Sequence record: MZ892903.1
DNA from: Escherichia phage ELT1
Direction: 5' to 3' (one strand)
Length of the DNA stretch: 64,000 nucleotides
A program made the position numbers and the translations under genes. This document shows, one piece after another, positions 46,508 through 56,704 of this stretch. The notes beneath the pieces are model-generated. The model was not told where the DNA came from. It saw only the letters and a program-made list of their open reading frames with translations, and did no database searches. Position 1 is the stretch's first letter. Every line of letters begins with the position of its first letter.

Positions 46508-46927
46508 TTACCCTTCATCAACAATAGTATGAGTGTGGGCATTTACAATTTGCCACCAATCAAAGCGATTAGAACCATACATTGGTTTGTTCTCATTTTC
46601 TTTGATAATGTCACGGAGTTCATCTTCGGTAGCGGCTTTCGCGATTAAATCAGCATATCCACCGCGAGGATAATAATTATCACCTGCAAAAAGTAAAAAA
46701 TTTGGTTTAATATTATTGAACTCTTCAAGAGTAATAACTGTTCCACCAGGTTGAACAATATCTACATAACTATATCCTAATTTTTGAGCAGCATCTACTG
46801 CTTCAAGCAGGGTATCATGAGCCCATCCAATTTGGCAATCTGGCTTTTCAGATGGATTAGCCTGATAATCCGCGTACACTTTATACATTCTATTCACCTT
46901 TAGAAATTTTATCCATAACGATAGCAA
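46508..46927 (-). CDS. hypothetical protein
   Basis: 139 aa ORF; real start may be an internal ATG. Confidence 0.4.
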   Translation of the reverse strand: MLSLWIKFLKVNRMYKVYADYQANPSEKPDCQIGWAHDTLLEAVDAAQKLGYSYVDIVQPGGTVITLEEFNNIKPNFLLFAGDNYYPRGGYADLIAKAATEDELRDIIKENENKPMYGSNRFDWWQIVNAHTHTIVDEG

Positions 46928-47075
46928 TTAAACCAATTAAAAATGCTACTACAAGTGAAAAAACATTTTCTGCTGTAGTCAATAATCCGCATATAAATCC
47001 AACAAACATTGAAAAACTAAAAGCGGAAGCAGAAATTGCAATAGCAACATTTCGAATTAATTCACAGCGTTTCAT
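46890..47075 (-). CDS. small membrane protein
   Basis: 61 aa, two hydrophobic helices. Confidence 0.4.
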   Translation of the reverse strand: MKRCELIRNVAIAISASAFSFSMFVGFICGLLTTAENVFSLVVAFLIGLIAIVMDKISKGE

Positions 47076-47113
47076 TTTATTCTCCTCAGTAGTTGATAGG
47101 GTAATAGTATCAC

Positions 47114-47142
47114 AACTAAAACCCTATGTAAACAACTTTGTG
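47114..47142 (-). promoter_or_regulatory. T4-type early promoter (TTTACA-N17-TACTAT)
   Basis: Consensus with 17-nt spacer. Confidence 0.55.
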
Positions 47143-47182
47143 AAAAATTTATTACAAAAGATTTTTAGCAATAATTTTAAGC

Positions 47183-47437
47183 TCAGCTTAAAATATGCTT
47201 GGCTTTAAACAAAGCAGTTTCTTCAGCAGGGGAGATAACGATTGTAGCACCATCTTTCTTAGCGGACCATCCATCACCCAGGTAAACAGTACCTTTGATT
47301 TCTTCGCCATCAACCAGACTAATCATTGGTTTACCTTCTCGTCCTTTATTTGCTTTAATAACTTCAGAAGTAAGAGTAGCCTCGGTAATGGTAGAAACCG
47401 GGGTAGTTGTAGAAGTAAATTCTTTGAAAGTTTTCAT
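47183..47437 (-). CDS. ipI: internal protein I-like (capsid-injected; T4 IPI inhibits a type IV restriction system)
   Basis: 84 aa; capsid-targeting sequence MKTFKEF...ITE/A; position upstream of 57B. Confidence 0.6.
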   Translation of the reverse strand: MKTFKEFTSTTTPVSTITEATLTSEVIKANKGREGKPMISLVDGEEIKGTVYLGDGWSAKKDGATIVISPAEETALFKAKHILS

Positions 47438-47467
47438 TTTATTTTCCTAATTAATTTTGATGAGATA

Positions 47468-47496
47468 ATAGTATCACTACCTCATCAACGTGTAAA
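47468..47496 (-). promoter_or_regulatory. T4-type early promoter (TTTACA-N17-TACTAT)
   Basis: Consensus upstream of ipI. Confidence 0.55.
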
Positions 47497-47509
47497 CAAC
47501 TTTGTGAAA

Positions 47510-48194
<685 letters not shown>

Positions 48195-48195
<1 letters not shown>

Positions 48196-48920
48196 TATAG
48201 TACCTTTAGTGTATTTTTAATTTTAGAAAAAAGTTCTTCAAGAGAACCATCGTTTGTAATTACTAAATCGCCATCACGAATTGGCAATCCAGCTTCTGTA
48301 ATATGTGTATCATTGGATTTTTGACCAGGACGAACTACATGAATTACTGTAGCACCCATCGCCCTAGCCGCATCCATTTCATGATCTTGACGGGTATCAG
48401 GAACGATATAATAATCATAACCTGAGTTAAATTTATCAAGATAATCTAAAGCAAATAATTTTACCCAGTACATGCGGTCGAAGTTATTAACAATCAAATC
48501 CGTACCTAGGGCTTGCATCAGACGACGGACTGACCATTGATCTTCAATATTATTTATAACGTCAGCAATCTTGTTAAATGCTACGGAATCAACTGATTCT
48601 TGTCCTTCGTCCTCAAAAACACACACACCTTTAATTGGGCTTTTACTATTAAGATAGCAAAATGCTTGTTCCATAATCGTGATTACTTCTGATTTAGTCA
48701 GATTTAAATTAGTCTCACGATCATAGTCAATTCCTTCAAACTCTTTACGAGTTAAGCAAGGATAGTCAGTGTTTTCTGCAAATACACCCCATGCATAAGC
48801 CAATGCATCTTTAATAGGACCAGCAAGTTGATATTTAACCGCAGAATAATTGCTCATGATAAAATCAGCAGTAGTATCTTTTCCACTACGCTTTACACCA
48901 CTTAAAAAGATTAGTTTCAT
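48195..48920 (-). CDS. 1: deoxynucleoside monophosphate kinase
   Basis: 241 aa as in T4 gp1; P-loop GVKRSGKDT. Confidence 0.9.
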
Positions 48921-48969
48921 ATGTTTCTCCTCAAATTTAGTTAAGATTATAACACATGAAACTGAAGCA

Positions 48970-49500
48970 TTAAACTTCTGCTATAATTTTGCCATCTTTT
49001 TCTACTTGAAAATACGTATAAGGAATCGTTGCTGTACATACTAAAGCTGGGTCTGAATCTTCCGTGTAGCTAAATTCTACTTCAGACAAGTCAGAAACCC
49101 AAGGCTTATAAAAATTTATTGACATCACGATTTCAGTTTTACTATTATCTAAAATGTAAAGCGTGATGTATTCAGGACCTGTTTTTTGGGCAGTATTTTC
49201 ACCTGTAAGATAGTTGCTAGTTCCTAGCATCCATTCATACATTCCTATCCACGACTTAAGCTCTTCATCAACTATAAATCTCACAATGAGTGGGTCGTAC
49301 TCAAATGTAACACCTGGACGTTGTGCTCGGCCCAGTCCAAACGGCCCAGTCACGGTATCAGTAACAGGTATTCTAATTCCTGGAATAGGAACTGACTGAG
49401 CATTTAAAGTAAAAGCAGATGTAGTATTACTATGCGGTATTGATACTACAAAGTTAGTTGTATTTGCTTGGTTAAAAATTTGTTGTAGTGCTTGCGACAT
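48970..49500 (-). CDS. 3: tail completion and sheath stabiliser
   Basis: Start at internal ATG gives 176 aa as in T4 gp3. Confidence 0.8.
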   Translation of the reverse strand: MSQALQQIFNQANTTNFVVSIPHSNTTSAFTLNAQSVPIPGIRIPVTDTVTGPFGLGRAQRPGVTFEYDPLIVRFIVDEELKSWIGMYEWMLGTSNYLTGENTAQKTGPEYITLYILDNSKTEIVMSINFYKPWVSDLSEVEFSYTEDSDPALVCTATIPYTYFQVEKDGKIIAEV

Positions 49501-49606
49501 ATATTCCTCATAATGCTTTATAAATGTTGGTGGTATAATGGGTCTAAGTCCCTTCCATTCAATTCCAATTAGAACAAACAATAGAAAAGAATGGAAGATA
49601 ATAGAA

Positions 49607-50266
49607 TTAATTTATTAGACTTCTTAAACGAGCAGAAGTCATAAATGGAAATTTTTCTAAAGTTGGCTTTCGCCAATATCTTGGATGACAAGTTGATTTA
49701 AAATCAAGAACAATTTTCTTTGCTTCATCAATAGTGTTAACTCCAAAGTTATCTAACATTATTTTCTTTTCTTTTTCCCACCGTTTATTAGCTAAAGCAG
49801 ATTGAAGCTTTTTGTTTTTAAATGTGTCATTTTTTCTAGAATGAGTTGTTCCTTGTGTCGGACTCCATCCTCTTCCTAAAATAAATCCCTCAGGAATTAT
49901 ATCTCCATCATGTAATTTTATACATCTTTTACCATTATTATAATATTTTCGTCCAGTTTGTGTATTTGAAATATTATTTGCATGTTTTCTTTTTAACCAA
50001 CCATAAACTTTATTATTTCTCCTAACATATTTAGTTGAAACCGTCATTTTTATGGCTGCATAAGATAATTTTAAAGAATTTGGGTGTATTTTTACTAATA
50101 GCTGATGTGCAACATAATGCTCTTCTGGAGTTAAATCAACCAAGTTAGAAGCATCATTACTACCGCCTAAACATTTCGGAATAATATGATGTCTTTCTTT
50201 ATATCCAGTAAGGGCTCTATTGCGAGCCCTATCAATTAGTGAATTATAAATTTTTTCATAATTCAT
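49607..50266 (-). CDS. HNH homing endonuclease (Mob family) inserted between genes 2 and 3
   Basis: 219 aa from MNYEKIY; [10 protein letters not shown]...N...H motif; paralog of the ORF at 18187-18819; ATGA overlap with gene 2 stop. Confidence 0.7.
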   Translation of the reverse strand: MNYEKIYNSLIDRARNRALTGYKERHHIIPKCLGGSNDASNLVDLTPEEHYVAHQLLVKIHPNSLKLSYAAIKMTVSTKYVRRNNKVYGWLKRKHANNISNTQTGRKYYNNGKRCIKLHDGDIIPEGFILGRGWSPTQGTTHSRKNDTFKNKKLQSALANKRWEKEKKIMLDNFGVNTIDEAKKIVLDFKSTCHPRYWRKPTLEKFPFMTSARLRSLIN

Positions 50267-51090
50267 CGTACATTGCTCCAAACTTTGTTTGCAGAGAAAC
50301 GTTTTCCTTTGGAGTAGAAGCTTTGGAGTGGCATTAACACAACGTTCGCCCAGTCTTTCGGGGCGATTTCAACAAGGCTACCCATAATATTACCAGGTAT
50401 ATATGCCTTAATCATTTGGTCTGCACCTCTAAATCCTTTCACTTGACTCCAATCAATTTTTAATTTCGTTTTATTAGTAATAGTAGGTGTATTTGCATAT
50501 TGCTTTAAAAGCTCTTCTAGAAATTGCTGACGAGCTTTAGGTGGAATATAGTGCAAGTTCAATCCGTACATTAAATTGTGTTTACCTAAACCGAGGTAAA
50601 TTATCAAAGGAAATTTATCCCAATAAGGAAGAGTTTCTTTGTGTTTAGCATCATAAGCAAAAGCATATATTCGTCCCGGCTGCGGGCGAACAACTTTATG
50701 TCCTTTTACCTGCTTAATAGTTTCAGCAAACCACTTTCTGGTTTTATTATTAATTGCTGCACCTTCATTACGAATTTTATCACGCAACGTTTGCCTGAAT
50801 GAATTTATCATAAGCAGTTGTCTTTCTTGCTTATTGAGTTTATTCATTGGTTTTGATTCAAGCTTTTGAATCTTTTCAGCCGTTTTAATTCCTGAAGCAT
50901 ATTTTGACATTGCCGAAGTAAACGTAGAGTATTTGATTCCTCTTTCTTCAGCAAATTGCTTTCCTGTCATTCCTTTTGCTTTGGCCTTTTTGTATTCAAG
51001 ACCTATCTGAATCCATTTCTTTTCGTTTAATGATTGCTTAACCTTTGGAACTTGGGGAGTGCTTTCATTAATTATTTGAAAAATAGCCAT
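50263..51090 (-). CDS. 2: DNA end protector protein
   Basis: 275 aa, basic; synteny between genes 4 and 3. Confidence 0.8.
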   Translation of the reverse strand: MAIFQIINESTPQVPKVKQSLNEKKWIQIGLEYKKAKAKGMTGKQFAEERGIKYSTFTSAMSKYASGIKTAEKIQKLESKPMNKLNKQERQLLMINSFRQTLRDKIRNEGAAINNKTRKWFAETIKQVKGHKVVRPQPGRIYAFAYDAKHKETLPYWDKFPLIIYLGLGKHNLMYGLNLHYIPPKARQQFLEELLKQYANTPTITNKTKLKIDWSQVKGFRGADQMIKAYIPGNIMGSLVEIAPKDWANVVLMPLQSFYSKGKRFSANKVWSNVR

Positions 51091-51542
51091 TATGCCCCCT
51101 TAAAGCCAAGAGCTCGTAATCCATCTTCTGTTAAAATTCTAAATTTTATTCCACGCTTTTCAGCTAAAGCTTGAGCTGCTTTCCATTTGTCAGTATTAAC
51201 TGAATATGTATAAATTTCATTCATAAATCTTTTCTTCGCTGCAGTTGTTAGATGTGCTGGTTTAACTGGTGGTTGTGTTTCTTTTTTAGGCTTTATTTCA
51301 ATAAAAAATTCTTGTCCAGAAGAATCTTTCATCCAAATATCCATGAAGTATCTACGTTTTTTCCCTTCTGCATTACAAAAATAAGGAATTACTGCTGTTT
51401 CACTACCCCATGCAATAATTTCTGGATTTTTATCTAACCATTCAAAAAAGAATTTTTCCCAATTTGATCTATACGTAATTTTTTTAGGGTCACCTCTATA
51501 CTTTGATATATTTTTAGGAACCCATTTTCCAGAATATGCCAT
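51090..51542 (-). CDS. 4: head completion protein
   Basis: 150 aa as in T4 gp4; divergent from gene 53. Confidence 0.85.
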   Translation of the reverse strand: MAYSGKWVPKNISKYRGDPKKITYRSNWEKFFFEWLDKNPEIIAWGSETAVIPYFCNAEGKKRRYFMDIWMKDSSGQEFFIEIKPKKETQPPVKPAHLTTAAKKRFMNEIYTYSVNTDKWKAAQALAEKRGIKFRILTEDGLRALGFKGA

Positions 51543-51553
51543 TGGATTCTCCT

Positions 51554-51561
51554 TATAAATA
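51554..51561 (+). promoter_or_regulatory. late promoter box TATAAATA upstream of gene 53
   Basis: Exact TATAAATA about 30 nt upstream of the gene 53 ATG, followed by GGAGGG SD. Confidence 0.55.
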
Positions 51562-51589
51562 GATAATATATTTATAAACAGGAGGGCCC

Positions 51590-52180
51590 ATGCTCTTTAC
51601 ATTTTTTGATCCGATTGAATATGCGGCCAAAACGGTGAATAAAAACGCGCCGACTATTCCTATGACAGATATTTTTAGAAACTATAAAGACTATTTCAAA
51701 CGCGCTCTTGCGGGATACCGCTTACGTACTTATTATATTAAAGGTTCACCACGCCCGGAAGAATTAGCAAATGCTATATATGGAAATCCACAGTTGTATT
51801 GGGTTTTATTGATGTGTAATGATAATTATGATCCGTATTATGGATGGATTACTTCACAGGAAGCTGCTTATCAAGCATCTATACAAAAATACAAAAATGT
51901 AGGTGGAGACCAAATAGTATATCATGTGAATGAGAATGGTGAAAAATTTTATAATTTAATATCATACGATGATAATCCATATGTTTGGTATGATAAAGGC
52001 GATAAAGCTAGAAAATATCCTCAATATGAAGGAGCACTTGCTGCGGTCGATACGTATGAAGCTGCTGTTCTTGAAAATGAAAAACTTCGTCAAATAAAAA
52101 TAATAGCAAAATCAGACATCAATTCATTTATGAACGACCTTATACGTATAATGGAGAAATCTTATGGAAATGATAAGTAA
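51590..52180 (+). CDS. 53: baseplate wedge protein
   Basis: 196 aa as in T4 gp53. Confidence 0.85.
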   Translation: MLFTFFDPIEYAAKTVNKNAPTIPMTDIFRNYKDYFKRALAGYRLRTYYIKGSPRPEELANAIYGNPQLYWVLLMCNDNYDPYYGWITSQEAAYQASIQKYKNVGGDQIVYHVNENGEKFYNLISYDDNPYVWYDKGDKARKYPQYEGALAAVDTYEAAVLENEKLRQIKIIAKSDINSFMNDLIRIMEKSYGNDK

Positions 52181-53891
52181 TAACCTCAACTGGTTTGTTG
52201 GCGTTGTTGAAGATAGAATGGACCCATTAAAATTAGGTCGTGTTCGTGTTCGTGTGGTTGGTCTGCATCCGCCTCAAAGAGCACAAGGCGATGTAATGGG
52301 TATTCCAACCGATAAATTGCCATGGATGTCAGTTATTCAACCGATAACTTCTGCAGCAATGTCTGGAATTGGAGGTTCTGTTACAGGGCCAGTAGAAGGA
52401 ACTAGAGTATATGGTCATTTTTTAGACAAATGGAAAACTAACGGAATTGTCCTTGGCACTTATGGCGGAATAGTTCGCGAAAAACCTAATAGACTTGAAG
52501 GATTTTCTGACCCAACTGGACAGTATCCTAGACGTCTAGGAAATGATACTAACGTATTAAACCAAGGCGGAGAAGTAGGATATGATTCGTCTTCTAATAT
52601 TATCCAAGATAGCAATCTAGACACTGCAATAAATCCCGATGATAGACCGCTATCAGAAATTCCAACTGATGATAATCCAAATATGTCAATGGCTGAAATG
52701 CTTCGCCGTGATGAAGGATTAAGACTAAAAGTTTATTGGGATACAGAAGGATATCCGACAATTGGTATTGGTCATCTTATCATGAAGCAGCCAGTTCGTG
52801 ATATGGCCCAAATTAATAAAGTTTTATCAAAACAAGTTGGTCGTGAAATTACCGGAAATCCAGGTTCTATTACAATGGAAGAAGCGGTAACTTTATTTGA
52901 ACGTGATTTAGCTGATATGCAACGTGACATTAAATCACATTCTAAAGTTGGCCCAGTTTGGAAAGCAGTTAATCGTTCTCGTCAAATGGCATTAGAAAAT
53001 ATGGCATTTCAGATGGGTGTTGGTGGTGTAGCTAAATTTAACACAATGTTAACTGCTATGTTAGCCGGAGATTGGGAAAAAGCATATAAAGCCGGTCGTG
53101 ATTCATTGTGGTATCAACAAACAAAAGGCCGTGCATCCCGTGTTACCATGATTATTCTTACAGGGAATTTGGAATCATACGGTATTGAAGTTAAAACACC
53201 AGCTAGGTCTTTGTCAGCAATGGCTGCTACCGTAGCAAAGTCTTCTGATCCAGCTGACCCTCCTATTCCGAATGATTCGAGAATTTTATTCAAAGAACCT
53301 GTTTCTTCATATAAAGGTGAATATCCGTATGTTCACACAATGGAAACTGAAAGCGGTCATATTCAGGAATTTGATGATACCCCTGGACAAGAACGATACA
53401 GATTAGTTCATCCGACTGGAACGTATGAGGAAGTATCACCGTCAGGAAGAAGAACAAGAAAAACTGTTGATAATTTGTATGATATAACAAATGCTGATGG
53501 TAATTTTTTGGTAGCCGGTGATAAAAAGACTAACGTCGGTGGATCAGAAATTTATTACAACATGGATAATCGTCTTCACCAAATAGATGGAAGCAACACA
53601 ATATTTGTCCGTGGCGATGAAACTAAGACAGTTGAAGGTAATGGAACTATCCTAGTTAAAGGTAATGTTACTATTGTAGTTGAAGGTAATGCTGACATTA
53701 CAGTTAAAGGGGATGCTACCACTTTGGTTGAAGGAAATCAGACTAATACAGTAAATGGAAATCTTTCTTGGAAAGTTGCTGGGACAGTTGATTGGGACGT
53801 TGGTGGTGATTGGACAGAAAAAATGGCATCTATGAGTTCTATTTCATCTGGTCAATACACAATTGATGGATCGAGGATTGACATTGGCTAA
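52164..53891 (+). CDS. 5: baseplate hub and tail lysozyme (cell-puncturing device)
   Basis: 575 aa as in T4 gp5; central lysozyme domain; C-terminal VxGxxxV beta-helix repeats. Confidence 0.95.
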   Translation: MEMISNNLNWFVGVVEDRMDPLKLGRVRVRVVGLHPPQRAQGDVMGIPTDKLPWMSVIQPITSAAMSGIGGSVTGPVEGTRVYGHFLDKWKTNGIVLGTYGGIVREKPNRLEGFSDPTGQYPRRLGNDTNVLNQGGEVGYDSSSNIIQDSNLDTAINPDDRPLSEIPTDDNPNMSMAEMLRRDEGLRLKVYWDTEGYPTIGIGHLIMKQPVRDMAQINKVLSKQVGREITGNPGSITMEEAVTLFERDLADMQRDIKSHSKVGPVWKAVNRSRQMALENMAFQMGVGGVAKFNTMLTAMLAGDWEKAYKAGRDSLWYQQTKGRASRVTMIILTGNLESYGIEVKTPARSLSAMAATVAKSSDPADPPIPNDSRILFKEPVSSYKGEYPYVHTMETESGHIQEFDDTPGQERYRLVHPTGTYEEVSPSGRRTRKTVDNLYDITNADGNFLVAGDKKTNVGGSEIYYNMDNRLHQIDGSNTIFVRGDETKTVEGNGTILVKGNVTIVVEGNADITVKGDATTLVEGNQTNTVNGNLSWKVAGTVDWDVGGDWTEKMASMSSISSGQYTIDGSRIDIG

Positions 53892-54420
53892 TATACTTCC
53901 AATGAGCGCTGATTTAGGAGAATCCATGGAAGGTTCTTCTATCGACGTCACCTTTACCGCTCAATTAGAAACAGGTGAAACGTTAGTATCTATAAATATA
54001 ACTAGTTACGAAGAAACTCCTGGGGTTTTAGTAGAAGAAAATCGTTTATATGGAACGTATGAATCTGTGTTTGGATTTGGAAATGACGCACTAAAATATC
54101 GTTTAGATAATGAATTTAAAACTGCTGCTTCATGGGAAGACCTTCCAACTGATTCTAATACTCAGTTATATCTATGGAAAGCTCCTCAAAACCTCCAGAA
54201 GACATTCACTTACGAAGTAACATTAATATATGACTATCAAGAACAAAGTGAATCTGGAGGTTCTGGTAGTAATTCTAGGTCATCTTCTGATACTACTGAA
54301 CCAACGGATCCTCCTGCTCCAATAAGAAAAACTCTTGTTAAAAATTACACAAAAACTATAGTTGGAAATTGGAGTCGTTGGGCTAATAAATTAAGAAGCT
54401 ATGTATATGAGAGGCAATAA
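53863..54420 (+). CDS. hypothetical protein (T4 5.1 position)
   Basis: 185 aa ORF between 5 and 5.4. Confidence 0.6.
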
Positions 54421-54713
54421 TGTCAGGATTAAGTTATGATAAGTGTGTTACTGCTGGTCATGAAGCGTGGCCTCCAACAGTTGTGAATGCTACACAAAGT
54501 AAAGTATTCACTGGAGGAATTGCTGTTCTCGTGGCAGGTGATCCAATTACAGAACATACAGAAATTAAAAAGCCATATGAAACACATGGCGGAGTGACAC
54601 AACCTAGAACTTCTAAGGTATATGTCACTGGAAAGAAAGCTGTTCAAATGGCTGATCCAATATCATGCGGTGATACTGTGGCTCAGGCATCATCTAAAGT
54701 ATTCATTAAATAG
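54420..54713 (+). CDS. 5.4: PAAR-repeat spike tip protein
   Basis: 97 aa as in T4 gp5.4; immediately upstream of gene 6. Confidence 0.75.
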
Positions 54714-54721
54714 GATTTAAA

Positions 54722-56704
54722 ATGGCAAATACCCCTGTAAATTATCAATTAACAAGAACAGCAAATGCTATTCCCGAGATATTCGTCGGGGGTACATTTG
54801 CTGAAATAAAACAAAACCTCATTGAATGGCTCAATGGTCAAAATGAATTTTTGGATTATGATTTTGAAGGCTCAAGATTAAACGTTCTGTGCGACCTTTT
54901 GGCTTATAATACATTGTACATTCAACAGTTTGGTAATGCTGCCGTGTATGAAAGCTTTATGCGTACTGCTAATTTGCGTAGTTCAGTAGTTCAAGCTGCA
55001 CAAGATAATGGATATTTACCTACTTCAAAATCAGCTGCTCAAACTGAAATTATGCTAACTTGTACAGACGCATTGAATAGAAATTACATTACTATTCCTC
55101 GTGGTACTCGCTTTTTAGCATATGCAAAAGATACTTCCGTTAATCCTTACAACTTTGTATCTACCGAAGATGTTATTGCTATTCGCGATAAAAATAACCA
55201 ATATTTTCCACGTTTAAAATTAGCCCAGGGGCGTATAGTAAGAACTGAAATCATTTATGATAAATTAACACCTATTATCATTTATGACAAAAATATAGAT
55301 AGAAACCAAGTTAAACTATACGTTGATGGAGCAGAATGGATTAACTGGACAAGAAAGTCAATGGTTCATGCTGGTTCTACATCGACAATTTACTACATGC
55401 GTGAAACTATTGATGGAAATACTGAGTTTTATTTTGGTGAAGGCGAGATTTCTGTTAATGCGGCAGAAGGAGCATTGACCGCTAATTACATTGGAGGTCT
55501 TAAACCTACCCAGAACTCTACGATTGTTATTGAGTACATCAGTACTAACGGCGCAGATGCGAATGGCGCAGTCGGATTTTCATATGCAGATACATTGACA
55601 AATATAACTGTCATCAACATTAATGAAAATCCAAACGATGACCCAGATTTTGTTGGGGCAGATGGCGGCGGCGATCCAGAAGATATTGAACGTATTCGCG
55701 AATTGGGTACTATTAAACGCGAAACCCAGCAACGCTGCGTAACTGCGACTGACTATGATACATTCGTTTCAGAGAGATTTGGTTCTATTATTCAAGCAGT
55801 TCAGACGTTCACTGATTCTACTAAACCTGGTTATGCATTTATTGCTGCTAAACCTAAATCAGGGCTATATTTAACTACTGTACAGCGCGAAGATATTAAA
55901 AATTATCTCAAAGACTATAATTTAGCTCCTATTACGCCATCAATTATTTCTCCTAATTATCTTTTTATTAAGACTAATTTAAAAGTCACATATGCTTTAA
56001 ATAAGCTACAAGAATCCGAACAGTGGCTCGAAGGTCAAATAATTGATAAAATTGATCGTTATTATACCGAAGACGTAGAAATTTTTAACTCATCTTTCGC
56101 TAAATCTAAGATGTTGACATATGTAGATGATGCAGATCACTCTATCATTGGCTCATCAGCGACAATTCAAATTGTTCGTGAAGTACAAAACTTCTATAAA
56201 ACGCCTGAAGCAGGTATTAAATACAATAATCAAATAAAAGATCGTTCTATGGAATCTAATACGTTTTCATTTAATTCCGGACGAAAGGTTGTAAATCCTG
56301 ATACTGGCTTAGAAGAAGATGTATTATATGACGTTCGTATAGTATCAACAGACCGAGATTCTAAAGGAATTGGTAAAGTTATTATTGGTCCATTTGCTTC
56401 GGGTGATGTTACAGAAAATGAAAACATTCAGCCATATACAGGTAATGATTTTAATAAATTAGCAAGTTCCGATGGACGCGACAAATACTACGTTATCGGT
56501 GAAATAAATTATCCAGCTGACATGATTTATTGGAATATCGCTAAAATTAATTTAACATCCGATAAATTTGAGGTTCAGACTATTGAGCTATATTCTGATC
56601 CAATAGACGATGTTATTTTCACACGCGATGGTTCACTGATCGTATTTGAAAATGATTTACGTCCACAATACTTAACTATCGATTTGGAGCCTATATCACA
56701 ATGA
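54722..56704 (+). CDS. 6: baseplate wedge protein
   Basis: 660 aa as in T4 gp6. Confidence 0.9.
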   Translation: MANTPVNYQLTRTANAIPEIFVGGTFAEIKQNLIEWLNGQNEFLDYDFEGSRLNVLCDLLAYNTLYIQQFGNAAVYESFMRTANLRSSVVQAAQDNGYLPTSKSAAQTEIMLTCTDALNRNYITIPRGTRFLAYAKDTSVNPYNFVSTEDVIAIRDKNNQYFPRLKLAQGRIVRTEIIYDKLTPIIIYDKNIDRNQVKLYVDGAEWINWTRKSMVHAGSTSTIYYMRETIDGNTEFYFGEGEISVNAAEGALTANYIGGLKPTQNSTIVIEYISTNGADANGAVGFSYADTLTNITVININENPNDDPDFVGADGGGDPEDIERIRELGTIKRETQQRCVTATDYDTFVSERFGSIIQAVQTFTDSTKPGYAFIAAKPKSGLYLTTVQREDIKNYLKDYNLAPITPSIISPNYLFIKTNLKVTYALNKLQESEQWLEGQIIDKIDRYYTEDVEIFNSSFAKSKMLTYVDDADHSIIGSSATIQIVREVQNFYKTPEAGIKYNNQIKDRSMESNTFSFNSGRKVVNPDTGLEEDVLYDVRIVSTDRDSKGIGKVIIGPFASGDVTENENIQPYTGNDFNKLASSDGRDKYYVIGEINYPADMIYWNIAKINLTSDKFEVQTIELYSDPIDDVIFTRDGSLIVFENDLRPQYLTIDLEPISQ

